Made by a program: the position numbers and the translations under genes
Source: Octopus vulgaris
Taxonomy: Eukaryota
Reading direction: 5' to 3'
Length of the DNA stretch: 64,000 bases
Assembly (NCBI GenBank): GCA_951406725.2
Contig: OX597819.1
Location: 41,850,001-41,914,000 of the forward strand
Shown: in pieces, positions 25,611-38,862 of the stretch
Layout of the letters: each line of letters begins with the position of its first letter
Numbering within the stretch: position 1 is the first letter of the stretch
The notes under the pieces: model-generated
Databases searched by the model: none
Told to the model about the DNA's origin: nothing
Seen by the model: the letters and a program-made list of their open reading frames with translations, nothing else

Positions 25611-25819
25611 ATCTCCTAATATAATAATGAGTGTAGTGTTTTTATATATTTGTCCAAAATCATGCAAGAAAGGAAAGAGTAGTGTAAATGAAGGAAGAGG
25701 AGAAAAAATAGTAATTTAGTGAAGGAAAAGTAGTGAGAATAATAGCCCTGACTGAGAGGGAGTGAGAGAAAGAAATAGCAATGAGAGAGAGGAAGTAGCA
25801 AAGAGTGTGTCGTGTATCT

Positions 25820-26460
25820 TCTGTTTTTCTCCATCACAACATATGAATGAGAAAAGAAGGGGTGATAGATGAATAATGAAGGAAGGGGTGAAAAAAGTCA
25901 GTGTTTCAACTCTGTATGAGTATAATTTGTGTGCATGTAAAAGGGAGGTGTGTGTGTGTGTGCAATGGAAGTGGGATGGTGAACGTTCAATGCTGAAAAG
26001 AAAAAAAATCAAACTGTATTTCAACTCTGTGTGAGTATATGTGTGTATGTGCATGCTTGTACAAGGGAAGTATGTGAATGTATGTGAACATTCACAAGTG
26101 TATTAATTTGATTTACCACCAATATCTTCTACTATAATAATACTCTTGTGTATTTCTCCATCACAACATATGAATGAGAAAGGAAGGGGTGATAGATTAA
26201 TAAGGAAATAAGGGTGATGGCAAACTTTGGTAGTGGGATGATGGAAGTTCTATGGTGAAAAAAAAATCTGTGTTTCAACTCTGTGTGACTATATGTATAA
26301 GTATATAGAAGGGAGTCATGTGAATGTTTGTGTGTGTGTGTGCAATGGAAGTGGGATGGTGAACATTCAACACTGAAAAGAAAAGTCAAACAGCATTTCA
26401 ACTCTGTGTGAGTATATGTGTGTAAGTGTGTGCATGTACAAGGGAAGAATGTGAATGTTT
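25820..26460. repeat. Imperfect local tandem duplication with ~330-bp period
   Basis: tctccatcacaacatatgaatgagaaa and gcaatggaagtgggatggtgaac each occur twice. Confidence 0.8.
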
Positions 26461-26556
26461 GTATTTGTGATTATTATGTACCTTATTTATATATAAAAAT
26501 ACAACAATTAATCATATATATCATCAATATATATATATAAAATGTAGACATCTTAC

Positions 26557-26673
26557 CTGAATCTCATCCCAGACGTCTTCATCCATGGCAGTTGAAGATG
26601 TAACATGCTGAATAGGAGCAAGAATACAATGTCCCTCTGTGAGAGAAGGACATTCTGGAAGAGCTAAATAAAC
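26557..26673 (-). CDS. CWF19L2: CWF19L2 coding exon 14 ([23 protein letters not shown]...DEDVWDEIQ)
   Basis: CwfJ motif LTEGHC.I.P..H; AG/GT boundaries. Confidence 0.95.
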
Positions 26674-26741
26674 CTGAAGAAAAACAGAACAAAAACTATT
26701 ACAAAGAACTCTCTCTTTAAAAAAATGTACGTCAAATATAT

Positions 26742-26968
26742 TTAATCCTTCAACATTCAGATTGCTCTGTCAAATATAATGCTTACTATACCCATTGCTT
26801 TAAATTAATCATGCATTATTTAATAGCTTCAAGATTTTGATGATGTTATTGTTTACTTTAAGACTGCCATTCTAGGGGAGACGTGAGAAGCCAGTTCTGG
26901 CCAGTTTGAAAATAAAACAGGTAGGAAATTTGGGTTGCATATGGCCAATGTAAATGCTAAAGAATTAA
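26742..26968. mobile_element. TTAA-flanked MITE (piggyBac-like ends), same family as ~60440-60654
   Basis: ttaatccttcaacattcagatt ... aaatgctaaagaattaa; colinear with the 60440 copy. Confidence 0.7.
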
Positions 26969-28219
26969 AAGAAAATAGTTAGACATGGACAGAAGTACAG
27001 AAAGTGGAAGCTCAAATGAAGTGGTTGTAGAGTATACTCTGTCATATGTATACTGCCTACGAAAGTAAACAAATAATTGGGTGTAACACAAAACGTATAA
27101 AATTTTAGATAGATCAGGGTTCAAGCTACAGTAGTAGACACAAGCATGATTTGTTTCACAACTTCATGGTTTGCAGTTCCATCAAACATCATGGTGCCTT
27201 GAGCAAATTTCTTTTACCAAAGCTCTGGGTTGACCAATGCTAAGTGAGTATCAAAAACTGAAAAATATGGAAGCCTGTTGGAAGTGGTGAGGACTGTTCC
27301 TGTTCTTTGGTGCAGTTTAAGACTATACCTTAAACCCATGGGTGACTTCAGTAAAGTCCACCATCTTGCAGGCATTCATCTAAATCTCCATAACTTTCTC
27401 CTACCAGTCTAAGAAGCTATCATCATCATTTAACATCCACCTTCCATGCTGGCACAGGTTAGACAGTTTGACAGGAGCCTGCATCAAACTTCTGAGTCTG
27501 TTTTGGCTTGGATTTTACAGCTGGATGCCCTTCCTAACACCAACCACCCAGCACTATAGAAGGTAAAAGACACTGCCATTCCTCCTCTGGACAAATCATA
27601 AAAATGAAAATGAAAAAGGAATTTGTTAAAGCACCATGCTTTTAGTTTCATGGTTTAATCATAAAACAAAGGGTAATGTCTTTGAGCTTCTGTGAGGCGT
27701 TCAATACTTATGGGAGAGAGGAATTACCTAGTCTGAATATGTACAACATAGAGGATTCAGCTAAAGTCATTAGATGAGTGGGTGGTGGGGTTAAATCTGG
27801 AGATATTCTCATCATCATCATCATTTAGCATCCGTTTTCCATGCTGGCATGGGTTAGACAGTTTGACTGGGACTGGTAAGCCACAGAGATGTGCTAGATT
27901 CCAGTCTGATTTGGTTTTGTTTCTATGGCTGGATGTCCTAACACCAACCACTGTAAAAGTGTAATGGGTGCCCTTTACGTGTCATTGGTTACTGGTACAA
28001 GTGCCTATAAATTCCACTGATTCATCATCATTATCATAACACCCACTGTTTCATGCTTTTGAAGGTGAGACTAAATTGGTTGATGCAAATTTTCAACAGC
28101 CAAACACCTTTCCTGTCACCGATTCTCACCTGTTTCCAAGCAAAGTCATATTTCCACATGGTTGAACATATTCTCTTAGAAGACTTGGAAGACTGGAAAT
28201 AAGAAATAAGCTTGGATGA

Positions 28220-28650
28220 CATCATCATCATCATCATCATCATCATCGTTTAGCGTCCGCTTTCCATGCTAGCATGGGTTGGACAGTTCAACTGGGGTCT
28301 GGGAAGCCAGAAGGCTGCACCAGGCCCAGTCTGATCTGGCAATGTTTCTACGGCTGGATGCCCTTCCTAACGCCAACCACTCTGTGAGTGCAGTGGGTGC
28401 TTTTTACGTGCCACTGGCACAGGTGCCAGACGAGTCTGGCAAACGGTCACGATCGGATGGTTCTTTTACATGCCACCGGCACGGGGGCCAGGTGAGGCTG
28501 GCAATGGCCATGAACGGATGGTGCTTTTTACGTGCCACCGGCACGAGGCCAGTCGGGGCGGTGCTGGAACGGCCACGTTCGGATGGTTCTCTTACGTGCC
28601 ACCGGCACTGATATCACTGCTGCAATTTCCATTGATGTTGATCGATATCC
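28220..28650 (-). mobile_element. RTE-3'-tail element with internal tandem units
   Basis: Reverse complement of the RTE 3' UTR; (ATC)n on the + strand. Confidence 0.85.
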
Positions 28651-28878
28651 CATGCTATCAAAACAAGGAGACACAATCACATACACAGACACACATATAT
28701 GACAAGCTTCTTTCAGTTTCTGTCATCCAAATTCATTGACACGCCTTTGGTCAACCCAGGGCTATAGTAGAAGACAATTGCTGAAGGTAATATGCAATGG
28801 AATTGAACCTGAAATCATGTGGCTTGGAAGTAAACTTCTTAACTACTGAAACATACAAATATATTCAAAATGTCTTAC

Positions 28879-28967
28879 TTTTTGTCCAATAGCAACAAGA
28901 AGATGTTTTGATATATTTTCAAAACAAAATTTACAGCCTGCCATAGATTTTGACATCTTCTGATGAT
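28879..28967 (-). CDS. CWF19L2: CWF19L2 coding exon 13 (DHQKMSKSMAGCKFCFENISKHLLVAIGQK)
   Basis: CxxC start of the CwfJ domain; phase 1 in, phase 0 out. Confidence 0.93.
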
Positions 28968-31267
28968 CTGAAATAGAAAATGAAATTATAATAAGAATAT
29001 TGAATAAGCTGTTAAATTTATGTAGCAACTGATCCTTGAGAGGAAAGGATAGAGGGGGTGCAAGAGAAGAAGAGGGTGAGGTACACGATGTTGGTAATGG
29101 ACAGCTGCAGGAATGGGTAGTGGACCAGGTGCATGCCAGTGGAGATGAGCAAGGGTTTGCAGGCCTTTTCTCTAGTAAAGCTTATAGTGTATTGGGCATT
29201 ATGGAAGAGAGCAGGAGAACTGTCAAGAACAAGATGTAGGTAATAAAGAAGACATCTAGATGGCTCTGGTTGAAAGGTGGTTGACTAATACAATTAGTAG
29301 AATGCCACTTTGGTCAGTGGCTGAAGTTTGATCAAACTTGATTGGGTCATTTGGATGAGAATACATGTTGCAAGACTGGAAACACCCTGTAGCTCCAGGA
29401 TACAACACTGATGATGTGTCCAAATATGTGCAACTGTAAGTGCATGAAAACTTGCACATTAATTTATTTCCTTATTCTGTTTTACATCCATTTTCCCATG
29501 ACTCTACAAAACAGACAGGCAGTGTTTTGTTTTATGAGAAATTATTTTTAAAAGCTAGTGGACCTTCTAACCTCTAAACAAAGCAAATCAAGTGATTCAA
29601 TACATAACAGACCAAGGATATCCTTGTTGCTAACTGGACTGCTTTAGTTGAAATATGGAGAGGCTCTGGCAATAATATTCCATGCTACTGGGATTTGATC
29701 CATTCATAGTCCCCTTGTGCCTAAATGAATTGGGGCAAGAAAGTGAAGTTTGCTTGATCCCTTGATCTGAATGAATGTAGATGTTGATAGAATTGGCTTT
29801 TGAAAGTATTAGAGGTGACTCTTATATAATTCTTTTCAATCTCAACTAATTATTTTATAGATGTACCATATATCACTTGTTTAAAGAGACAAGATCCTCT
29901 AAGCAGGCAAGTTGAGGCATTTCTGAATTCACAAGCTGGTTGTTGGAGTAGAGACTGTCCTATGGTATTTTTTTTTAGTCAAGGTGTGTGACCTGGGAAG
30001 CAATGTTATCCTCATTTCCTCTCATCAGTCCCAGAAGCTCTAAAGAAAACAAAGGTCATGGGTGCTGCCTTTCCTTCTCAGACTAAATGGTTTAAAAAGC
30101 AAAAAGAACCAAGGCTTGATACTCTATATGCTTTAACCTTATTTTATGGTTAAGTAGTTTACCAGATTTAAGTATATGAAAAAACATGCCCAAAACCTGG
30201 CTAGCTTAGCATTTTATATAATATTTCAAGAGTGGCTCATCCTGATATAGATTGATTTTCTCAATGTGATTGAAACATAAAATTGTAGTTGTGATGTATA
30301 TTGCAATACTGTAACTTAACTGGAGATCAAAATCACATTGTAGACTCTAGCTTACTAATATTCTCATAGACTTATTCATTCATGAATGAACGTGGTGACA
30401 TCTTACATAGCCTGTTGGCCTTACAGATATAGCAATCATATCTCCTTAAAAGCAGATAACACTGTTTCAAATAAAGAAGAATGTATCAGGTGCAGGCAAG
30501 GTTGTGTGGTTAAGAACTTTGTTTCCCAGCCATGTGACTTTGGGTTCAGTCCCACTGCATAGCATCTTGGGCAAGTATCTTCTGCTAAAACCCTGGTTTA
30601 ACCAAAGGCTTGTGAGTGGATTTGGTAGATGGAAACTGAAAGAAGCTCATCATATATGCGTATTCGGGTGTGCATGCATGTGTGTTTGTATCTCTTTGTC
30701 TTGACATTGTAGAATATATGTAAATCAGTAGCTTTTGTTTTTAATCTTCTGTGGAAACATGTCTGACCATGGGAAAATATTCAACAGGAAGGGCATTCAG
30801 CCATAGAAAATCTGCCTCAACAAATTCCATCTGACCCAAGCAAGCATGAAAAAGTAGACATTAAAATGATGATGATGATGAGAAGGAGAATGGTGATGAT
30901 AAAGATGTTGATGATAATGATAACAATGATATTGAACAATGTAGCCCAATATTTTAAAAGACAGGACAGTCATAGCTGGAACTTTTTTGATCATAGGTCT
31001 GCTTAATCAAGGTTGACCTAGGGACAAACAAGAACAAAACAACAAATACACATGATAGTCATGGCTAGAACTCCTTTGATGAAAAATCTATTCAATCAGG
31101 GTTGATCTGAGATTAAACAACAAAAACATCAACAATAACTCATGTGTCCAGTTGGATTAATATGTTTCTACTCATAACGCTTCAACAATCTCATTTAATA
31201 TTGGACATAAAACAATCCATTGTCGCAAAACATGCAAATGATAAATTTACACCCTTGCTGAACTTAC

Positions 31268-31382
31268 CATATATGGCTCTTGCTTTCTGCAAATCAAATG
31301 TTTTGGCATCAGATTGCTCTCTGGCAGCACTAGATACAAACATATCATCGACTGAGTAATCATCAGTTGTCTTTTCTGCACA
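31268..31382 (-). CDS. CWF19L2: CWF19L2 coding exon 12 (CAEKTTDDYSVDDMFVSSAA...KARAIY)
   Basis: DDMFVS motif; AG/GT boundaries. Confidence 0.92.
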
Positions 31383-31867
31383 CTGGAAGAGGAATTCAAA
31401 AAATTTAGCATCCTTGAAAATGAATATCTTCTGTATTTTTATTTTTTGTCTTTTATTTGCTTCGATCAATAGACCTCAGTCATGTTGAGGCATACACCTT
31501 GAAGGATTTTAGTCAAACAAATCAACGCTAGTACTAATTTTTTAGACTAGTACATATTTTATTGGTCTTTTGCTGAATTACTAAGTTATAAGGACATAAA
31601 CAAACCAACACCAGTTGTCATGTAGTAGTGGGGTAAATACAAACACAAAGACAGGTACACACAAACATATACATACATATACATATATGTATGTAATATC
31701 TCTAATGATGGAATACCCACCCAGTGTACGGACATGCTAGCCTATCACTTGGGATATCCTTGAAACAGTTGTAAGACTTCAAATTCATCCTACCCTAAAT
31801 TATTATAAATGACTTGAGATACTTGTCCTGCCTTAGTTTTTGTTGTCCTTTTCTCCTTATATATATA

Positions 31868-32400
31868 TCATCATCATCATTGTTTAACATCCATTTTCCA
31901 TGCTAGCATGGGTTGGACGATTTTGACTGAGGGCTGGCGAACCAGATGGCTACACCAGGCTCCAATCTTGATCTGGCAGAGTTTCTACAGCTGGATGCCC
32001 TTCCTAACACCAACCACTCCGAGAGTGTAGTGGGTGCTTTTACGTACCACTGGCACAAGGGCCAGTCAGGCGGTACTGGCAACGACCTCGCTCGAATCTT
32101 TTTACACGTGCCACCGGCACAGGTGCCAGTGAAGCAACATTGGTAACGATCACGCTCGAATGGTGCCCTTTTACGTGCCACAGGTATGGAAGCCAGTTGG
32201 CTGCTCTGGCAACGATCACGCTCGGATTAGCACCCTACTAGCACATGCACAAGTGCCAGTAAGGCGACACTGGTAACGCGATCATACTCGAATGGTGCCC
32301 TTTTATGTGCCACTGGCACGGAAGCCGGTTAGCTGCTCTGTCAACGATCACACTTGTATGGTGCTCTTTGCACCCTGCTAGCATGGACGCCAGTCATCGA
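31868..32400 (-). mobile_element. RTE-3'-tail element with expanded internal tandem units
   Basis: Reverse complement of the RTE tail; close relative at 57775-58300. Confidence 0.85.
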
Positions 32401-32750
32401 ATTGATTTTGGCTTTGATTGATATATATATATAAATCCAATTACATATAACCAATATTATATATAATTGATTATTTATTACATCTAACCAATATATTAAA
32501 ACCAGTAAAATTATTATATTATTGGTTATATTACAACCAATAATATAACAGATCATTGATAATGATTTGTTTGATTATAAGCAATAACTGTGATTGGTCA
32601 TAAGAGCTGGTAGCAACTAAACTTAACGGTGAAAAGAAGGTAGCAGTAGAAATGGTTGATAATGAAATATCAGTGTTTCAACAATGACACAGATTATGAT
32701 AGCAGGCATTAAATAACTTAGAAAAATTAATATTTTCCATGTTAGCTTAC

Positions 32751-32816
32751 CCTGCCAGCAAGTCGAGCAAACATACTGTTCTGGCTTTCTGCTGTGCTCA
32801 TTTTTTCACGTTGGAC
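32751..32816 (-). CDS. CWF19L2: CWF19L2 coding exon 11 (VQREKMSTAESQNSMFARLAGR)
   Basis: AG/GT boundaries; conserved V..EKM.TAE.QN motif. Confidence 0.92.
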
Positions 32817-32917
32817 CTAAAATTAAACAAGGCAATGTTAACAAAACAGACATTTTCAAGATATCTCTGAAATTTCATACAAATAAGAGTTTAATAACAT
32901 AAAATTAGGAATCTTAC

Positions 32918-32992
32918 TAAATTCTTTAAATCAAACTTATCGTCGTCATGGAAATATTTCTGACGGTGTCCTTCTTTGCTGTGTGTCTCAAT
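32918..32992 (-). CDS. CWF19L2: CWF19L2 coding exon 10 (IETHSKEGHRQKYFHDDDKFDLKNL)
   Basis: Conserved YFHDDD motif; AG/GT boundaries. Confidence 0.93.
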
Positions 32993-33249
32993 CTGGAAAT
33001 ATTGCAAAAAGAAAATATGGTTTTCTCAGTCATATAAAATAAACCAATTTTTTATTAAGAATAATGTTGATGTCAGGATAAATTCATCCAGGATCTGTTA
33101 CACTCAGATAGCATGGTGGCTGAACAAGTAGAGACAATGTAGAGTTGAGTAGTCACTTTACTATTGCAAAGGATGCAACAATTTCTCTAATGGTGGTTTC
33201 ACAGTAAAATTACACCCAGTATACTCTCAAAAGTAACAAGAGTCAAGAG

Positions 33250-33915
33250 ACATCCAGCAACAGAAACTGTCAAAAACAGAACATACAAGCAGCATGTTGT
33301 CCTTTAACCATTTAGTATTTAAACCACATCCAGCAACAGAAACTGTCAAAAACAGAACATACAAGCAGCATGTTGTCCTTTAACCCTTTAGTATTTAAAC
33401 CACATCCAGCAACAGAAACTGTCAAAAACAGAACATACAAGCAGCATGTTGTCCTTTAACCCTTTAGTATTTAAACCACATCCAGCAACAGAAACTGTCA
33501 AAAACAGAACATACAAGCAGCATGTTGTCCTTTAACCATTTAGTATTTAAACCACATCCAGCAACAGAAACTGTCAAAAACAGAACATACAAGCAGCATG
33601 TTGTCCTTTAACCCTTTAGTATTTAAACCACATCCAGCAACAGAAACTGTCAAAAACAGAACATACAAGCAGCATGTTGTCCTTTAACCATTTAGTATTT
33701 AAACCACATCCAGCAACAGAAACTGTCAAAAACAGAACATACAAGCAGCATGTTGTCCTTTAACCCTTTAGTATTTAAACCACATCCAGCAACAGAAAGT
33801 GTCAAAAACAGAACATAAAAGCAGCATGTTGTCATTTAACCCTTTAGTATTTAAACCACATCCAGCAACAGAAACTGTCAAAAACAGAACATACAAGCAG
33901 CAGTTGTCCTTTAAC
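33250..33915. repeat. 76-bp minisatellite, about 8.7 near-identical copies
   Basis: Unit acatccagcaacagaaactgtcaaaaacagaacatacaagcagcatgttgtcctttaacc(a/c)tttagtatttaaacc. Confidence 0.97.
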
Positions 33916-36359
33916 TCATCCAGGGAAGCAGGCAGTAACACTGAACAGAAACTGATTCAGACTATGTCAACTCCTCCAACCCCTGCCGGCATAGACTACT
34001 TACTTACTTAAGCCCTTTGCTCCCTATGGAGCATAGGCCATTGATGACTTTTCTCCACAGTTATTGACTATCAACTGTCTTTTCTGCTTCTTTCTATTTG
34101 GATTCCTGCTTTTTTATTTTGTTGCAGTGTCATACGCTTTCCCCGAAGGAAGGCCTTCCTCTCCCAGAAATTGTTGATTCTGTATTGTCATTAATACTTT
34201 TGTAACTTAACCTTTTTTCTTGGTAGGGATATTGGCCCTATGCAAACCCATTGTTTTACCTCTGTGAAGAGGCAATCCATATTAGTCTGCTTCTATCCTT
34301 TGACTTGTCCAGCATGCTAGGCCCTATAAAGAACTTGCACACAACTAGCATAGCTCTCAGAGTCATCAAGACACACTAGTCACCACGCAACAACAAAGAC
34401 TGGACTTTGTGGTAAAAGCAGCATGGACAGTAGACAGAAAATAACAAAATATAACAACAACAGCAGTTTTTATGGTAACAATGTCAGCAACTTTGAAATT
34501 CAGTTTACAACCTACAGGATATCTATTTACTTAGAAAGCTTAAACCATTCCACTGCTATGAATTTATATAAAAATGGATTTGTTACCATCTCACTTGTTA
34601 TGATTTTGCCATAGAGTCCTAAGTGCCTCTAAAACAATACCTTGTTGACAGATATGACATGGCATATGATTTTGATTCTTGGCAGTGCCTTGTGTTCTTG
34701 AGCAACACACTTCATTTCACAGTGCTCCAATCAACTTGGCTGGCAAAAATGAGTTGTATCTCTAATTCAAAGGGTCAGCTTTGTCACATTGTCACGCTGA
34801 ATCTTCCTGAGAACTACATTAAGGGTACATATGTCTATGGAGTGATAAGCCATTTGTACATTAATTTCACGAGCAGGCTGTTAATCTGATTAACTGAAAC
34901 ACTCACCATCATAACAAACAGAGTACCAGTGTATGTATATATGTATAGGCCACAGAACTTCCATATGGCCAGACATGCTTTCACGGAATATTAGAAATGA
35001 ATAACATTCATTTACAGCAATTACACAACATCATCAAGACAAGGTCTCACACATACATACACACAAACACATACAATGGACTTGTTTCATTTTTCCATCT
35101 ACCAAATCTACTCACAGGCTTTGATCAGCCAAAGGCAACAGTAGAAGACACTTGCCCATGGTACAATGCAGTAGGATTGAATCCAAAACCATGAAATTGA
35201 GAACCACACAGTTGCATCAGCATCTATTTAGTTCCTAAATAGTGCAAGCACCGAAGAGTTCCCATTAAGCCAAATTTTTAAAGGATTTTCCATTTTAGAT
35301 TGATCACTTCACATCACTTTAATCATGATTCTTTATTGAACTCTTTCAAACTCTCATCTTGGTGAGAGCATCTCTGTACACAGAGACTCTTACAAACTTC
35401 ACCTAATTCCCTATATGACCACTTTACAGAGCATCATCAAATGCTTCCTCCAGATAAACAGACGCTATGTACAGTGGCTTACTCTTTGCCAAGAGCATCT
35501 TCTATGGTCGTGTCTAGGAATAAGGCATCAGTAACACCTTGCCCTAGCACAAACTCAAACCACATCTCATCAATTAGTTATGTAGTAACAATTTCTGTTA
35601 TTTTCATAACTTTATCAGTTTCATACCTCTGTAGTTGCTTCTTTTTAGAGCATACCTTTTGTCCTTGTAGCAGTTGATGATACTGCTACATCAGTCAGCG
35701 CATACTGACCCATTGTTGTACTACCTGACTGATAATATGAGTGACAAACCTGTGTCCTACATCAACAAATATTTTCAATATCTGAATTGCTATCCCTGAT
35801 GGACATTTGTTTTCCCTTCAGTTCTTATGTTCAATGGCCATTTTGACCATGTAGCTATCAATTCCAGCACATATAAAGCAGAATATTGAGGTTAAACATA
35901 TATATGAATGTATGCATGGGTGTATGTCACAATCATCATCATCATCATCATCATTTAATGTCCTTCTTCCGTGCTGACATAGGTTGAACGGTTTGACAGG
36001 AACTAGCAAGCCGAGGTTCCATAGTTTATTTTGGCACGGCTTCTATGGCTGGATGCCCTTCCTAACACCAACCACTCCAAGAGTGTAATGAGTGCTTTTA
36101 CATGGCATTATCATCAGTGCTTTTTACATAGCACCATCACCCACACCAATGCTTTTTATGTGGCACCTTGGTTTTAGGATCTTAATTCCATTGTGGTGGG
36201 CTGGTCTTCTTGAGTACAGTAATGCACCACATATCTTATCCGCTGTCATCTCCTTTGTATGTGTGTGTAATTACAACAATACACTCTCCTATCAGTGTGG
36301 AATCACCAAAAAGTTACATATATTTCAATGGTATAACATAAAAACACAAAAAAACATAC

Positions 36360-36560
36360 TATTTTTTTCCGTTTTTTCTTTCCTACTGGCACATTGTCTT
36401 CAGAGTCCATCATTGGCCAAGCAACACCACTACGGTCAACATGTGTTAGAAGGACATCTTCTGCTTGAGTTTTATCTGGGCGCGTTTTCATTGCCTGCTG
36501 GTTTTTAGACCGAGCCTCTTTTGCAGCATTCAATTTGGCTTGTAATTCTTCCATTAGATC
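36360..36560 (-). CDS. CWF19L2: CWF19L2 coding exon 9 (DLMEELQAKLNAAKEA...EDVLLTHVDRSGVAWP...KKKRKKI)
   Basis: AG/GT boundaries; 67 codons; conserved V.L...D.SG..WP. Confidence 0.92.
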
Positions 36561-36700
36561 CTGAAATAAAAAAATATATATACTTTTAATGTCTACTTTT
36601 TCAAAGCGTTTTTCAAACAGTTTTCACAGGAAATATACTCAGCTAAAATATATAATGAAATGGTTTCTGCTAACAGATTTGGCTGTATAACCATCTAAGG

Positions 36701-37045
36701 CAGATGTTCTCAATCATTTTTTTATTCATGGATTCCTTTGATTATTATTTTATTCTGGTGGACCCCCATAGCCATGCAATGTTTAAAAACAAATTTTATA
36801 GATACTTCTTTCAAAATTTCTATTTTGTCTTTCAGACATTAATTTGTGTCGGTTGATCCATGTAAAATGTTAGAGAAAGAAACCTAGCTGTTACTTGCAA
36901 TATTTAGCAATACATACATTTAAAACAAAATTTTTTCAGGAGCCCTTAAAATATTATTATGGGTCCTCAATTTACTATGTTGTTGCATGGACACCCCACC
37001 CAACTCTTATATGGACCCTGTTTGATCTAAGGTCCTGAACCACTG
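36701..37045. mobile_element. Non-autonomous hAT (Charlie-like) element with 8-bp TSD
   Basis: atctaagg on both sides (36693-36700 and 37046-37053); ends cagatgttctcaa ... tgaaccactg. Confidence 0.8.
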
Positions 37046-37226
37046 ATCTAAGGTCCTGCTAACAGATTTGGTTATATAGCCATCGAAGGTACAAGGAATT
37101 GACACTAATATATCTGAACAATTATTTTTATAGCCTGATGATTTTTTTCTAATACTATCTACTACATTGTGAAAGAAAGAGGTAACTTATTCTTGCAACT
37201 ATTTTACATGTATATATATACATATA

Positions 37227-37397
37227 GGCACAGGAGTGGCTGTGTGGTAAGTATCTTGCTTACCAACCACATGGTTCCGGATTCAGTCCTACTGCTTGGT
37301 ACCTTGGGCAAGTGTCTTCTACTATAGCCTCGGGCCGACCAAAGCCTTGTGAGTGGATTTGGTAGACGGAAACTGAAAGAAGCCCGTCGTATATATG

Positions 37398-37451
<54 letters not shown>

Positions 37452-37675
37452 TGTGTGTGTATGTTTGTGTGTCTGTGTTTGTCCCCCAGCATTGCTTAAC
37501 AACCAATGCTGGTGTGTTTATGTCCACACCACTTAGCGGTTCGGCAAAAGAGACCGATAGAATAAGTACTGGGCTTACAAAGAATAAGTCCCAGGGTCGA
37601 TTTGCTCGACTAAAGTCGGTGCTCCAGCATGGCCGCAGTCAAATGACTGAAACAAGTAAAAGAGTAAAAAGAGAG
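37227..37675 (+). mobile_element. Composite SINE: tRNA-like head, central (TA)n(TG)n, conserved 3' module
   Basis: A-box-like tggctgtgtggt and B-box-like ggattcagtcc; many partial copies in the window (e.g. ~3555, 6415, 21305, 23785, 30490, 52755, 61490). Confidence 0.85.
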
Positions 37676-38680
37676 TATATATGAATATGTAAGTTAAAAG
37701 CAATGGCTTGCAAAATTAATGATACTTTTTTTTAATTATTTTCATTTTTTAACTATCTGGTTATTATGATGAGTGTGTGTGTGTGTGTATGTATGTGTGA
37801 AAGATGCAGTTTTTTTAATGTATGTGTATGTATATATTTATTTCTCCAATTTTATTGTGCAATGGCACACGTTCAAATTAAGCAGTAAAAATGAAGGGAA
37901 ATAACTCTTGTTAGAACCGATGTCAAACACTTAAAAGATACATATATATTTTTATAACTGATGAAAATATGTTCGGCGGATCTTCTCAATCTGCTGAGAT
38001 CGATGGAGTTGATGCTCCATCTGAACATATACAGATTAATGTGAGCAGGACAAATGTCAAACAAGAGCAGGGAAGGAATCAGAGATCAGATATGAATGTT
38101 CATAACAAAATGAATTCTGTTATAGGCAGCAAAGGGCCAGGAAGATCATTGTAATCATTTAAAGACTACTTTCCCATGCAGGTATGGGTTGGACGGTTTG
38201 CCAGCAGGTGGACAAATGCTTAATGGTAGTTTGCCTGTTGCTACATTCTGAGTTCAAATTCCATGAAGGTCAACTTTGCCTTTCATCCTTTCGAGGTCGA
38301 TAAATTAAGTACCAGTGAAACATTGGGGTCGATGTAATCAACTAATCCCCTCTCCCTAAATTTCAGGCTTTGTACCTCTAGTACAGAGGATTATTAGGTC
38401 ATATTTTAAGGTGGCAAGTCGGCAGACTCATTAACATGCAGGAGAAAAATGCTTAGTGCTATTTCTTTTGGCTTTACGTTCTGAGTTCAAATGCCACCAT
38501 GCCTTTCATGCTTTCAGGATCAATAAAATTAAGTATTAGCTGAACACTGGAGTCAATGTAACAGACATACTCCCATCCCTAAAATTGCTGGCCTTGTACC
38601 AAAATTTTAAACCAATATTATGTCATATTTGAACATCTGTTTCTAGTATCTAATCTTAAATTAGAAATACTCATTCTTAC

Positions 38681-38862
38681 ATCATCACCCATAAGTTCAG
38701 CTCGAAGAATTTTAGCTGATAAATCATTCATTTGATCTTCAGTGAGGATGACAAGAACTTTTTCATCTTCTTCTTCTTCTTCATCATTTTTCATGTCCTC
38801 TTTTTCTCTGTCATCTCTATCACTGGTAGAAGACAATGAACTGCTGCTACTAGAGCTGGAAC
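38681..38862 (-). CDS. CWF19L2: CWF19L2 coding exon 8 (Ser/acidic run...ILTEDQMNDLSAKILRAELMGDD)
   Basis: Conserved MN.L.AKI..AE.MG motif; phase 1 in. Confidence 0.93.

Noticed and set aside
33250-33915. CRISPR-like array
   Set aside because: Units are contiguous and near-identical with no unique spacers; eukaryotic context; no cas genes
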